DNA of 64,000 bases from Eledone cirrhosa (taxonomy: Eukaryota), in the NCBI GenBank assembly GCA_964016885.1, contig OZ024742.1, forward strand, positions 303,304,001 to 303,368,000. Reading direction: 5' to 3'. The notes below the pieces were generated by a model. The model was not told the origin of the DNA. It searched no databases and saw only the letters and a list, made by a program, of their open reading frames with translations. The translations under genes were made by a program, and so were the position numbers. Of the stretch, positions 10,738 through 24,960 are shown one piece after another (positions within the stretch are counted from its first letter, which is position 1; every line of letters begins with the position of its first letter).

Positions 10738-13700
10738 CTTTCTATTTATTTGCCACCAGGGCAGCAAAGATTGGGACAAATACAAGGGGGGGGGTTACAT
10801 ACATTTCAAAGGACGTGTAAAAACATATAACAAATCAAATTCAACAATCGAAGTCATCAATAGGGAGGGGGCGTTGACATGGGTCGCACACACCCCCCGA
10901 AAAAATGTGCTACCCTCCTCCTCAGGAGCTCAAAGAGCGGGTGCTCCCTTCCTATCCTCCTTCTTCTCCTCTCTCACCTACAGGCTTATATAGAGAGAAG
11001 GCCCATTCACTCGGGCCATTCTCGCTACTTTCACCCACCTTTCATAAAATTTGCTGGGGAAGAGAACCTCTCTCTCCTTTCTGATCCTTCTTCTAAAATG
11101 GTACTTTAAAAAAAGGACCAGTTGGCTATCACACAGAGGAAAACCGCCTCTCCTTCGGTTTTGAAGGGGGAGGCGGTTTGATTGTGACAATGTACTCGGT
11201 AGTCAACCGGATTGGTCCCACCCGCGACAGTAGTCGTTCCACATAGCCCCACAGGTCAGCTACGCCCGGGAGTGTACGAATGCGTGTGCGACAGTTTCCT
11301 CGTCTTGCACGCATCTCGGACGGATCTTCTTCGAGGGGTTCACTCAGGCGCCCGTGTCTGTAGAGCTTGTCCTGAACGGCTAGTGCTCTTCGGTAGCACT
11401 GCCAAGCCAGTGACTTTTGGAAATTGTCCATCGGTCCCGGGCCAACGTCCTCACCGAACAGACTGGTTAGCTCGTCTTTCTCCATGCCCAGAGCCTCTCC
11501 GAGAGCGTCGTCGCACCAACCCTCTATAGAATGTTGAGGTTGAGTCTCCACTGATTGCCGGATCCGCTTGCCAATGTGCCAGTCGCCCTCTTTTCTCGGT
11601 CATTGCTTGACCTAGGATTGAAGCTCGGTGAGTGAGACGAGTCTCGGAAAGGCTCGCCTCACAAACGGGGCCCACACCGGCTGACCGGCGAGGTATACCT
11701 GGAGGTGCTGTAGCCTTAATGCGTGTCTACGCATCGTCAGCCACGGCATCCCCAGCCCTCCGTTCGAAGGTTGTTGACAGCAGATGGATCTTCTCACCAA
11801 AGGGGCTCGCTTCTTCCAAAGGAATCGGAAGAGCGTGCGCTCCATTTTGGCGAGCGTTTTCCCTGGGCAAGGCCCCACGGTCAAGCGGTAGTAGATAACG
11901 GACGTTATATAAGTGTTCGCCACCTTCGCTCGACCTTTCAGGGATAGATTCCACTCGGCCCACTTCCGGGCGAGTGCAAACATCCTGCCCGTTACCTCGT
12001 CCCAGATTTCCTCCACCTGGAGGTCCGGTCCCACCAGACTCCGAGCAGCTTCACCGATCCCTCCGTCCAGCGTCCGACGACGGCGTCGGAGGGCATCGGT
12101 TTATCTCTCCACGTTCCGAGTTGGAAACCGACGGATTTGTCCCGGTTCAGCTTGGCTCCTGTAAACCTTTCGTATTACTCCAGTAAGGTGCCGATCTGCC
12201 CGATTCCGAGGCGTACGACACCATTACTGTCACCTCATCGCCGTAGGCCGACACCGGTTTCCGCAATCCCAGTTCCAATGGGATTCCCTACAACAGCTCC
12301 AACTTCCGCAGTAGTGGCTCGAGAGCTAGCACATACAGAAGGGAGGAGAGAGGGCATCCCTGTCGGATGGATCGCGCGATTTGGAACGGCTTCGAGAGGT
12401 AGCCGTTCACCTTGACCCTCGAGCAGGTGTTGCTTCTGCGCATTGCAGCAATCCAGCCCCTGAAAACGGGTCCGAACCCTGCCGCCGCGAGCACCGCATC
12501 CTGGTACCGATGGTCGACCCTATCAAACGCCTTAGATTGATGCTATTTAATCAGGGCCCAAACCGAAGCCGGGTTCGCTCCCTACCCTATCTACGATGTA
12601 TAGCATGAGGTGGAGGTTATCGTGTATGGACCTTGACGGGATTTCGCATGTCTGAGCTTCTCCCACCAGGTTCCCGACGACAAGCGCCAACTTCTTCGCT
12701 AACACCTTGGCCAAAATCTTTAACTCTGTGGACTTGTTTCCAATTTTGCCTCTGTCACTCGGGCCCAGCTAACAGCCTTGGCTCCCTCGTTACCCAGTGC
12801 ACGTATTTTACTCCTGACAACGCAGCCCTAGTGCTTCGCGTCAAAGAACTGATCTAGGGTCGTTCTTGACGCCAGCACGCCGGCCACGTTGCAATTCCTA
12901 ATCACCTCTTCTACTCTATCTATCAATTCCCTTTCAGTTCTATTCCTATCTGATGCTAATTCCTGACTAAAACCTATAGATTCTATCTAATTTCTCTCTT
13001 GAGAGAGCCCCACCACCTGCTGTTCAACCGCTGCTTAACTAGAGTGCTAATACGCTTACTGTTAGCTTTGATTGTCGGTACGGACAAGTTTAGCTTCCAG
13101 TAACCGGGTCCTTGTGTATGGGTTCTATCAAGGTTGACCACTCCGGTTACAAAACTTGTGATCCGAATAGTCAACCATGAACATTCGTGGACAGCTTAAT
13201 ATATCCCTATCCTTATTTCTAACTAGGAACCTATCTAGGTACGACCTAGATGTTCCGCTGTGATTAGTCCACGTCCACAGTGGCACAGTTGGAAAATCTA
13301 GTCGATATCTATCGGCCAGAACAAATCGGCCGATTAACCGTTTGAGTCTGTTACACCCCCCTCTTTCGAGACATGCCCCTACATAGTTCCAATGTGCATC
13401 CAGTCCCCCACTAAAAGCAAGGAGCGAGACGTTCCCAGAAAAGTCTCTAGGCGCTGGAAGAAGTCATGTCGCGGTGACCCAGATGGGGCATACGCTGTCA
13501 CCAGCCTGAAGGCTCCACCTTCACTACTGCCGACGTCTAGAACCACCAGTCGACCTTCCGGGTCCAGGTGTAACTTCCGTATTGCGAGGCACAGGTGTTT
13601 TCGCAACAGAACGCCCACTCCTCCCCCACCCCCGGCTGACAGAGAGATGTATAGATCTCAAAGTCGTCGAAGATGGGGTCCAGTTGGTGCTCGCTGCTGA

Positions 13701-15849
13701 TCCTGGACTCGCAAATAGCTATCACATCCATTCTGTGCGACCTGAGGTCATTTAAGTCTTTGCCCTGCTTCCAGGACAACCCCAGGCCGCGCACATTTAA
13801 ACATCCATGTTGGTGGAGAAAAAGGAAAAGGCACCTACCTGTACTTCTTCTGGGGACCAGGCTACACAAATTCCATTGGGCTGTCGGCGGGGTTGTTTGG
13901 TGGGGTGATGGTTTGGGATGTGGTGGGGAAATCAGTGTGTGGTGGGTTAGGGGTGTTTGGTGGGGGAGGAGTGTCTGGGGTGGTGGCGGGGAAACATTTC
14001 AAGAGGACGCAGTTGCTAGGTCTAGTAGAGGGGTTCCCCACGTCCTCGGGAAAGTTCTGTTTGAGCATTGCGTAGGTGTCCCTTGGGACCCTAATCATTT
14101 TTAAATTCGGTTTAGTCGCCGCGTTGGTGAACATTTTCCCTTCGGTGGAAACCGAAGGGTCTTTGTCTATTGTTTGCACAAGTGTTTTGTTGTTTTTGTT
14201 GTGTTGTGTTTGTTTTTGTTTGTTGTTCTTGTGTGTGTTTGCGTTTTGTTGTATGTGTTATGTTTTCGGGGGGGGGGGGGTTTCGTTTGTGATGTTTGTT
14301 CTGTTTGTGCTGGTGGTTGTGTGTTTGTTGCATTTTTGTTGATGTGGTGCCTTCTTTTCTTTCTTTTACCAGTTGAAAGGGTTCTGGGTGACGTTGATAA
14401 GGGGTCCTCGTCCGTGTTGTTGGGGAGGGGTATATTTTGGGGTTTTGTTGTGGTTGCTTTTGTATTTGTTTTAGGTGGGGAGGGGTTGGGTGGGACAGTG
14501 TCTTGTGTTGTTATTATTTCGTGTTGTTGTGGTTGTTGTTGTGGTGGTGGTGGTTGTGTTGTTGCGTGTGGGGTGGGCTGAAGCGTCTTTTTTTGAGGGG
14601 GCATTTAAAAGGGGACAGGAAGCCCTCAGGTGACCACTTCTTGAACAGTGGTAGCATGAAGGCCGCCTGCCCTCAACAGAAAGGTTTATGAAGGCGACTC
14701 CATCCAGGCACACGCAGCTGCGGAATTCTTGCTATCCGTTCTGGTCTCATTTGGACCAGAACTTCAAGGCTATTGCCGCCGAATACGCCCCCGGTGGATT
14801 CGCCTATCGAAAGGATTGTGTCCTCATCTTCTAAGAATCCCGTTGGCACCCACCAAATGCTCGCATTTGGCCTGATGCCCTAGATTCTTATCTTTTGAGT
14901 TCTTTTCCCCAAATATGTGGGGGAAAAGGTGTATGCTTTGGATACAATTGGCGACACAGAATATTTCCGTGCCGCGAATTCATCTTGCATTATAACAGAT
15001 ATGCTTCCATACAGTTTCCCTTTCTGTATGAAAGCGATATCCTTCCAGGCACTACTTAGGACCAGCTCAATTTCACTTTAGGACAATTGAGCCGGTTTCC
15101 TAGTCGTGTTCGAAACTGTCCTAAAGATTACGGTCCTGAGGACTGTGTCCCTTCTAATTTCTTCGAGGGAGGTAATTGTGAATTCCCCACCTTCCTCGAA
15201 ACTTACACAATTCCTTGCTTCTTTCAGCAATTTCTTGACATTCGAGATGTCCAGTGCCGTGTATGTCTGCGTTTCTCGAACCGCCTGTGCGAAGGAGACT
15301 GCAGCTGTGGGTCCGTTTTCTTTCGTGTTGTTATCATTGTTGTTGTTGTTATTCGTGTTCGCTTGCTTTTTTTCCTTTGTTGGTGTTGTCATTATTGCTG
15401 TTGTTGGTTGTGTTGTTATTGTCATTGATGCTGTTGTTGGTTGTGTTGTTATTGTCATTGTTGTTCTTGTTTGTGTAATTGTTACTTTTGGGGTTTTCAC
15501 CCATTTCCACAATTTTTTCTTTTGATTCCGTGGTGTCTTTTGCGGGAGTGAGGAGGGAAGGCTTACAGCGTTGTGCTGCTACCTTCTCTCTATCACTTTC
15601 CTTGAGGGAGGGAGGGGGCATGCGTCGTGTTAATGGCGTCCATTGTCACTAAACGACTTTTTATCGTTAACTTATAACTATCAAATTTCGCCCCAAAAAG
15701 GGGCGAAATTTATTTTACCCAACGTCTGCAGGCCCAGGCGAGGGGTTAAACACAACAAATAACAAGTAGCTAAAACAAACCTACCGCTTCTCGTAATAAA
15801 TTCCGACAAAATGCAGGAGCGAAACAAAAACACGGCTATCTTCTCCGAG
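10737..15849 (-). mobile_element. L1/Tx1-clade LINE, apparently full-length but decayed (5' UTR, ORF1, ORF2, 3' UTR)
   Basis: ORF1 remnants with CYHCSRSGHLRASC knuckle; APE motifs LNVRGL, ICES, AYAP, GDW, YLDRFL, GPGYWKLN; RT SIRQGCPLS; C-terminal RWVKVARMAR; (TAGA)n on both flanks. Confidence 0.92.
13862..15642 (-). pseudogene. Tx1 ORF1 (gag-like, CCHC zinc knuckle), disrupted
   Basis: CX2CX4HX4C at ~14615-14656; low-complexity Thr/Gln/Pro stretches; several frameshifts and stops. Confidence 0.7.
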
Positions 15850-16252
15850 ATAGATAGATAGATAGAAAGACAGACAGGCAGACAGATAGTTACATAGCTA
15901 TCTATCTATCTAGCTAGCTAGATAGCTAGCTAGCTAGATAGATAGGTAGATATACAAACAGACAGATAGATAGATACACAGAACAAAACCATCGGAATTA
16001 AGTGGAAATGTGTTTCATATTGATTTAAGGAATTCTGGAAGCAAATTTATTGTAATTGATTTAAATGAATGTAAAATCAAAGACAGCGATGGTGTGAGAG
16101 ACTAGAATGAGAAGGTCAATCAAAGTCGAGGATATAAATATCTTTATATAGAATATCATAATCAAGGAGTTATCAAATTAGATACTTTTTACTATACTCC
16201 GTAATATTTGAAAGGTACTCTGCTAGTACACACACACACACACACACACACG

Positions 16253-16790
<538 letters not shown>

Positions 16791-16860
16791 ATATATGTTT
16801 ATATATATATATATAGTGACGAAACATAAGTCAATTGCATGAACTCATAATCCTTTATTT

Positions 16861-16915
16861 ACTGCTATATATATTTCGATGATAACCATTGAATGGCTAT
16901 GACCTCATCAGGCAG
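16861..16915 (-). ncRNA. Type I hammerhead ribozyme motif
   Basis: Minus: actgc CTGATGA ggtcatagccat-tca-atggttatcatc GAAA TATATA TA gcagt; all three stems pair. Confidence 0.8.
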
Positions 16916-17032
16916 TTAGTCAGTTCTTAGATATGCCAGCTCTGTGTTTATAGTGTTGATGGTATCAGAGCCTTGGGACATATCTATATTGGGACATATA
17001 TATATAAATATATATACATACATACATATTTA

Positions 17033-17073
<41 letters not shown>

Positions 17074-17270
17074 ACACCAAAAACATTCCCACGTGGCTAA
17101 AAACATACAAATGATAAAAAAAGTCAGAGAAGAGAGCAAAATGAACGAGCAGTCAACCGCTCTGGTACGTTGTTTCTGTTCTTTAAGTTCGATGCAAATG
17201 TCCCTAGTGTGCCGGGTACAGTAATAAATGGACAAAGGACAAAACGATAGAATTTACGTCTATTAACAAA

Positions 17271-17455
17271 TAATTGTTTCTACTTTTGGCACAAGGCCAG
17301 CAAATACTCCAGTGTATTACTGGTACTTTATTTTATCGACCCCGTAAGGATGAAAGGCAAAGTTAACCTCAGTGGTATTTGAACTCAGAACGTAAAGGGC
17401 CGTAACTCTATGCTGCAAAGCATGGTGTCTGACTCTCTAGCGATATTGCCAATGC
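17271..17455 (-). mobile_element. tRNA-derived SINE (family A, Octopus OK/OR-like)
   Basis: B box gagttcaaat plus body tttgcctttcatccttacggggtcgataaaataaagtaccag, shared with at least 5 copies in the window. Confidence 0.85.
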
Positions 17456-18042
17456 ACAAATGACAATAACAAATGTATAAAAGAGAAGACGATAGTCTTA
17501 ACGACTATTTACAAACAAAAGTAAATTTGGCAAAAATCCCTGATCTGCAACGGAAATGATATTGACGAGACCCAACATATCGATTAGCCAAGAAGAAAGA
17601 GAAGGTATAGAGAATATACAAACGTTAATAAAATTATTTTCAATTTGTTTAGACGTCTAAATAGACAGACACAAGGAGCAGAGAGGAAGACAGTGAGTAA
17701 GAAAAGAAAGATAGACAACCACAGAGGTGTAAGATCAAATATACCAATGTGAAAAAAAAACGTCCCGCCTGGCTACAATATATGAATGAAAACATAAATA
17801 TGGGTGAAAACCGGAAAATGAACGAATACAGACATCATAAATACTAATTTGTCAATAATTTACGCTCTTGTTGGAAATTAATTGAGATATATAGTATGAA
17901 GTATACTAGCAGTCGAGGTGTATGATATAGTTATATCTGTATAGGTAGCGAGTGTGTTACCGAAACTACACAAATACACGTATTCCAGGGAAATTTGTAT
18001 GTTTTGACATGTTTACACGCCCACATATTAGATATGTATATA

Positions 18043-18084
<42 letters not shown>

Positions 18085-18240
18085 CATAGCCAATTAGTAT
18101 CAGTGCTCTGAAATAGCGACGCATGTTTGAATGTAAGTATAGTATATTTGGTAATACACTGTATATTTATTTTAAAATATTTTGAAGACCATTTTCGCTA
18201 TGAGTTTTAAAGTAGTGACTATAAGAATCCAACTTCTATA

Positions 18241-18333
18241 AGTCTCGGCAGAAGCGAAGGGATATGCAACCTTGATAACCGCTAACGAGAGAGAAACAGC
18301 TGTCGGTTGCTTCCCTTTGTTTTTGCCGAGACT
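18241..18333 (+). ncRNA. Degenerate hammerhead in a long hairpin
   Basis: ~29-bp stem I (agtctcggcagaagcgaaggga..gcaacc / ggttgc.tccctttgtttttgccgagact) enclosing TTGATAA (mutated CTGATGA) and GAAA CAGCTG TC. Confidence 0.5.
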
Positions 18334-19109
18334 AAGTAAATGACATAGTCAGCACTTTAAAATTCATAGTGAATGGTCTTCAAAATGTTTTTAAATAAAC
18401 ATACAGTATTATCAAATATACTATACATACATTCATATATATATATATATATATATATAGGCATATGTGTGTGTGTGTGTATACAGGCTCAGTTACACTC
18501 TGTATTTCTACAGATATAACTTTATCATAAACTTCGGCTGCTACCGCAGTTCTTGTCATATATCTTAATAAATTACCAACACGAGCGCTAATTATATGCA
18601 AATTAATACATCGATTTCTAAAGAGTACTAAGTGTGAAAGAGCTTATATTTCCATCAAAAATATGTTTTCTTAATGCGGCACCAATTTCAATTTACAGGG
18701 AAATTCGTATTTTCTGGCATGTTTACTTGCCTACATATTAGATCTTTGCCTATATTTATACATTTTGGTACAGTCTCAGTTGCGCACTCTATTTATACAG
18801 ATATAGCTTTGACTTCTATATTTATGTATATATGTGTGTTTGCATGTGTGTATGCACGAATGTGTATGTGTGTGTGTGTGTGTGCGTGTGTGTGTGTGCA
18901 TCTACGTGTGTGTTTATTTCTATACATTCACACACACATATAAGTTTATAAATATAGATATATACATTGATACATATATGTGTGTATGCAGATAAATTGA
19001 TTTCTATGTATAAAAAACACACACCGGTGTGCACAGGTACGCATACATTCCGATCACTAATTGTTAATTACTTCGTGCAGTCGTCTAATTTGACTCGTGT
19101 ATGTATATA

Positions 19110-19191
<82 letters not shown>

Positions 19192-19251
19192 CGCGTGCGC
19201 GTGCGTGTGCATACACACATACGTATTTGTGTGTATACATGTTCTTATGTT

Positions 19252-19600
19252 TGCCAGGTCGCTCTCGAGTAAAATGTAACCCAGTACAACCTGCGACCAA
19301 GCTTGCTTGGTGAGGAGGGTGATATTTGGACACCCTGCGGGATGAAATACAAGACCCGGCAAAGGGAGGTGGAACTCAGCAGAGTCAACGGCCATCCAAA
19401 TAGTACTTTTTTTTTATCTGGGAGTGAAAGGCTCCTAGTTGTTGTCACAAAACCTGCGGCTTCGAAAGCATCCAAATCTCCTTTTCCGGTAGTCTTTTCG
19501 ATGCTCAGAGATTGGGATTGGTCAAGTGCAAGGCTTTTCCCCATTTAAAAAACCTTCAAAGCACAGGCATTGCTTGTTCAGCATATGTTACAGGTTCGTA
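19252..19600 (-). repeat. Interspersed repeat, related to 37845-38035 (possibly RTE 5' UTR-derived)
   Basis: Shared motif ttttaaa..gg..a...tgcac.tgacc.aatccca.tctctgagc in both places; family identity is inference. Confidence 0.35.
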
Positions 19601-22085
19601 TATTGTAAATCGAAGAATATGAATGAAATATTTTTTTGGACCGAGAAACCGATATTTTATCGAATCGCATATTCAATATATTGCATATGATCTCAGATAT
19701 TTATAAAGTCCTAATGAATTGTGATCTGCTTACGTTAATAAAATAACAGTGGAAACGTATGTAGTTATTACTAATCCATTTTATATTAGTACTTGATCAA
19801 TGATTTCTATGCCACGAAAATTATTTCCTAAGGCTGGGCTCTCTCAGATACTCTGCATCTATTTTTTGCACGAATCATTAAAGAATTTAAGTATTTTTCA
19901 TTATTGCTTAATCAGAGAAGAAGAAATGTTTATTAAGATTTTTATGGACTCCGAGACAGGTACAACAGTGGGAAAATATATCCTCACTTCGGAAACTTGG
20001 TTCAAATGTTTGCCGACGTGCTGAATCCAATAAAGACACCGACATATCTGCTGGTGGTGTTAAACTGGGATGTAGAATTTGAACTCAGAGCCGACGGAGA
20101 CATAATGAATTCGGCAAAGCATTTCGTTTTATACTCTGTCACTATTTGTCCGAGGATCGTGTGAACGCGGTAATCCTAAGCCCAATCATCATAACACTAG
20201 GAATGGTACTTATATTGCAGAAAACGTGTATGAAAAATATTTTACGTTGTGAACTATAACAATGTCGGTTCATTTACTAAAATATGTAACATGCTCTTTC
20301 CTATAGAGAGAAGTATTTTGCCACCGGCTTAAGAAATGATGAGTTGTTGAAATTACCTAGCTATCAATTAGAGACAGTTCAATTAAAAAAGGCAATTAGA
20401 GACAGTTCAATTAAAAATTATGTCCTTGAATGCGATTTAAATTATAATTTACATGGATAATGCTATTATGCTTATAAATATTCATAAAAAATATCACATT
20501 ATTTGTGATACCGAATCGAGTTTTTTTTTCAATTTTACAACATACCCTAGATTTAAAGTTTACAATACGTGTTGAGTACTAGACATGTACACTTGTGTTA
20601 CGTTTGAACGAATCGGTGGAGATTTGAATCTCATTACCAGCATTATGTTTCCATCACTTCCGTGTAACATAATTCAAAGAAGAAAATATTACTAGAATAT
20701 TACTAGAATACTATAATGTATAAAAACTAATACACTATTAAATTTTATTAAAAAATGTAGTAATTACCAGAATATTTAACCTCATGATACGAATAACCAT
20801 AAACGGATCAGTGCAACTCTAATACCGTAAACTGTATAAATAAAATCTGCTTAAATTCTTAGTTGAAAGTCTGTCAAGAATAACGATTTTTTTCAGCCAT
20901 TTATATTTGAAGGAATAACTATCGTTGTGATAATGAAGTTTAATTAATTTGAAATAGCTTTCGCTTCAAAACGTTGCTGAGTATCTTTAGGTTTTAACTT
21001 TAACAACATATTAAAGGAAGTATCGATAAAAATGAAGAGTAAATACATAAAAAATTATCTACGTATAAGTTCAATAGCAGGAAACATTACAGGGATAAAA
21101 GATCGGCGTCCTGCATTCAATGTAGAACCAAAATGCCTGCGTCACGTCATTGAGTTCGAATTCTGACAGGCTCGTTAAATAGTCTAGAATCAATCGCATA
21201 CAACACCAATCTATCAGATGTTGGCATCGTGTCTAGTCCAAAGAAATCAATTATAGTCAACTTTAGATTTTATTAACACAAAAAATTATTCATAAATAAT
21301 AAATATAAAAACGATTATAAAAACAACATTAATTAAAAAGCAACAGTAATATAAAATTTATTGTGTTGTTTATTTTCTTTGTTTTTATTCGATAATCTTT
21401 ATTGTAAAAAGGTTAAGCAGCCATTTGAACAACCCACATTATAATGGCTTGATTTTATTGAAGATCAATCCCGTATAATGACATTTCAATTTTGTTCATG
21501 TTAATTTTAGTTGCATCCCTTTTGATGTTACTTTCCTCCAAACATTTAGGGGATTACCATAGCTTTTACAAATGGCTGATATTTTTTCCTTCTCCCTAGT
21601 GTTGTATTTTCTGTTATCTCGTTAAGAGGTTTTTAAGTATGTGACACAGAAGACAGCATAGTTTTCAACACGCTGCTTTCAACGTACAGGAGTTGCCGTT
21701 TATTTTATATTTTTTATGTATTATTTATTTTGTGTTTCATAAATTTACAGTCCGTTGTTTTTGATGTTAATGTTATGTGAATTGATATGAATTTTTGATT
21801 AGAAATAGTTGTATATTTTTTTTTCAAGTAGAACAATGCACTACTTTTAAAGGAGAGAGCAAATGCGATGTTGCCATCATAATAGAAATACTTACTGATG
21901 GAGAGTAAATCTGGGTCGTAGATTAAACCCCCTAGCGATCATGTCTTCACCAGTTACTATAGGAATTATTATTAGGATTCTCTCTCTCTCACTCACCCAC
22001 AACATATATAAACATACATATAAACATACATTCATTAATAGATACATACACACAGACACATACAAATATATAAATATATAAATAA

Positions 22086-22145
<60 letters not shown>

Positions 22146-22249
22146 ATATAATTAATTAAAATGTAGCTATATATATAATGTTGTGCGCTAAGCAATCAAA
22201 GTATATAATAAAGAAATTGATATCTGCACATATGCAGATTAGAAATAAG

Positions 22250-22835
22250 CAGGACTGCCTAAATGCGTTTCTAAAATTACACATAATTTTTTTACATATA
22301 AATCCATAGAGAAGATTGTCCAAGCTCCTTCTTTTGGCTAGGAGGGCAGAAAGTTTTTTTCTGGCTGGTGGCTGTAGTGAAATAGATGGTGGACAAAGCT
22401 ATAAGGAGTGAAGACTGACACATTTCTCTTCGGCCAATTCCGCATTCAGTTTTTCAAGTTTCACTTGGAAAGAAAGATGAGGGTAAAGAGGGACCACCCC
22501 CAGTATATTTCCTAAAAGGTGGGTTAATTTTGTTAGGATGGCCCGTGCAAATGGGCCCAATTTGACGATACACTTGTAAGCTGGCTGATTTAGACACGAG
22601 AAGTGAGCCCTCCTCGTCTGCTCTCGGAACCACGGGTGGTTCAGCATTGGTGGGGTACCTGAGTTGCCCCTGGATGGTCCTACGCCCTATTATGGAATTT
22701 TCATTGTTCTAATTCTTTTGTTAATTGTTATTAGTTAATTTGTTTTTAATATATGTTACTTCAATCCCCAATGTCCCTGTCTTTTGTATTGACCCCAATA
22801 TACAGGCCCTTGTGGCCAATAAAGTAATTATTATT
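22250..22835 (+). mobile_element. Tx1 LINE 3' fragment (divergent subfamily)
   Basis: Translation ..WWTKL*GVKTDTFLFGQ..FFKFHLERKMRV..KRWVNFVRMARANGPNLTIHL* homologous to other Tx1 C-termini; ends cccttgtggccaataaag plus (tta)n. Confidence 0.8.
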
Positions 22836-23285
22836 AAGCGTTAAATCTTTCAATGTCATATATGACCTAACTACTGTAACTCTACTTTATTACTCTTAAT
22901 TAATAAACTATAATTGACCAGTTCTTCTGTCATATTCCTATATATATATGTTATTTCGTTTCTCTTTGTCGCTGGCTATTTAATTATCTCCCTATTTCTA
23001 GCATTCTATTTCCTTTTTATCTACTTCAATTTTCTTTCATTTTTATTTTACACTGGGTGTCATGCTGGCTCATGAGTAGGATATATATTAGTCTCTTTCC
23101 TGATATTGTGCTTTCACTCTATCAACTCCAATCCCTTTATCAGTTAATTAAATTAGAATATCATCAAATATTCTGATCTCAGTGCTTTCTTTTCTCCTAA
23201 TTTCTCTGTTTTGTTTTACGTTCGTAGTTATTGGTATGAATTTCCAATACTGGATGTTCAAATTTCAACTCTCCTTTTCCCGTAT

Positions 23286-23391
<106 letters not shown>

Positions 23392-23392
23392 T

Positions 23393-23470
<78 letters not shown>

Positions 23471-23507
23471 GTTATAGGAATAACCAAAGAGTGCTTAGAA
23501 ATACATT

Positions 23508-23568
23508 GTTTATTAGCTAACAGTGTTTCATCCATACACAATGGCAGGAATCATCAGAGCCTATAAAC
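23508..23568 (-). ncRNA. Type I hammerhead ribozyme motif (same family as 3593 and 58551)
   Basis: Minus: gtttatag-gct CTGATGA ttcc...ggat GAAA C-ACT-G TT agc-ta-ataaac, followed by ttctaagcactctttg as in the other copies; abuts (TA)n. Confidence 0.75.
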
Positions 23569-24630
23569 ATGAGTATATCAGTAGTTGCATGCTCCATCGC
23601 GCTGCGTCATCAGAACAAGGTTAAAGGACCAGCAGGGGGTCCCGAGGCCAGCGCTCTATGGAAAAAGACAGAATACATGATGCACATAATGTCATAAAAT
23701 GTCTTAAAAATTTAAAAATTAAAAATTAAAAATTACACCAAAAATGTATCACTTAAATGGTGCAATAGATGATAAAGAGGTTGGGAGAGGGTAGCAAGGG
23801 ATGAGTGAGAGTATTACTCAGCATGATCAGAAACAATAATAAAATAATAAAAAGAAATAATAAAAAAGTACAAAAATACAGGGATAAGAAAAGAGATACA
23901 TATAAAAATACAAAACAATAAAGGAACAAAAAGCCCAGAAACCCCAGAGAAATATAAGACAAAGCAAAGCATATATGCATCAAAGCACAAGCAGTGCAAA
24001 AAGAGGGTGTACAGGCAGATCAAGAGAGTTTGCAAGCATGAGTCTGTGAAAAGACTAGTTGGTTAGCAGTGGTGCAGCCTTACATGTATGATAGTCCATA
24101 TGAGGGATGGTGTACTCCAATTATCTCGCCTTGTAACAGGTCGATTCTCCTTATCATATCCGAACCCTACGAACCACATCGATATGTTCCAGTTCCGAAC
24201 GTTAAGTGAGACAACACTATTTTTCCAAAAGCTATACCCAGGGGATTTATCACCATAGGCGGTCAGGGAAATACACCTAAAATCTAAAATAAAAAATAAA
24301 AGAAAGTACGACGAGTTAAAGAAATGTATGGTACATATAAACCGGCACAGATGTGAGGAAATTGAAAATACGCCAAGTCCGCAGAAACTGGCATTCCCCC
24401 AAATCCTCACGTTCGGTCGCTCAATCCAACGTGCCAGATGAAATTCACTGTATGTCCAAGATGGCGTTCAACCAATGTATCACACCGCATACAACTGTAC
24501 CACAGTAAATACAAATCGTGATGGCTATCCCATTACATATAGAGAAAAAGTGTATATAGGAATCTCCGCTTCCAGAATCACATATAGCAGAATGAGCATA
24601 TATTGTTATAATAATAGGCGGTTATAATAA

Positions 24631-24696
24631 TAGTAGATGGTTAAGATTCAGTCATGGTAGTCATGACTACCATGACTGAATCTTAACCATCTACTA
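24631..24696. repeat. Perfect 66-bp palindrome
   Basis: tagtagatggttaagattcagtcatggtagtca|tgactaccatgactgaatcttaaccatctacta, no spacer. Confidence 0.95.
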
Positions 24697-24721
24697 AGTC
24701 AGAGTATGTCATGCATCATCT

Positions 24722-24788
24722 TATTTTATCTGATGAGGACGTACTGTTGAAGATAGCTCAGTACCTCTGAAATATGTATAATAAAATA
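24722..24788 (+). ncRNA. Type I hammerhead ribozyme motif
   Basis: tattttat CTGATGA gga-c-gtactg...cagtac-c-tct GAAA TATGTA TA ataaaata; 8-bp perfect stem I. Confidence 0.85.
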
Positions 24789-24929
24789 TACTTGATCACA
24801 CGAATGTCTATTTTTGTTAATAGTTTGAATTAATATTAATAACTCTGGAAAACCATAACTGTTGAGTGCTTCCAATCTATTGTAAAATTCATTCTTTGAT
24901 TTATTCATTGAACATTATTTAACCTTTAA

Positions 24930-24960
<31 letters not shown>

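Noticed and set aside
17160-17180. HHR half motif GAAACAACGTA (minus); other halves at 56905 and 59805
   Set aside because: Partner core or stems missing, so not counted as ribozymes
21390-21640. AT-rich segment resembling a NUMT or an old LINE 3' end
   Set aside because: No mitochondrial gene recognisable; LINE similarity too weak to call
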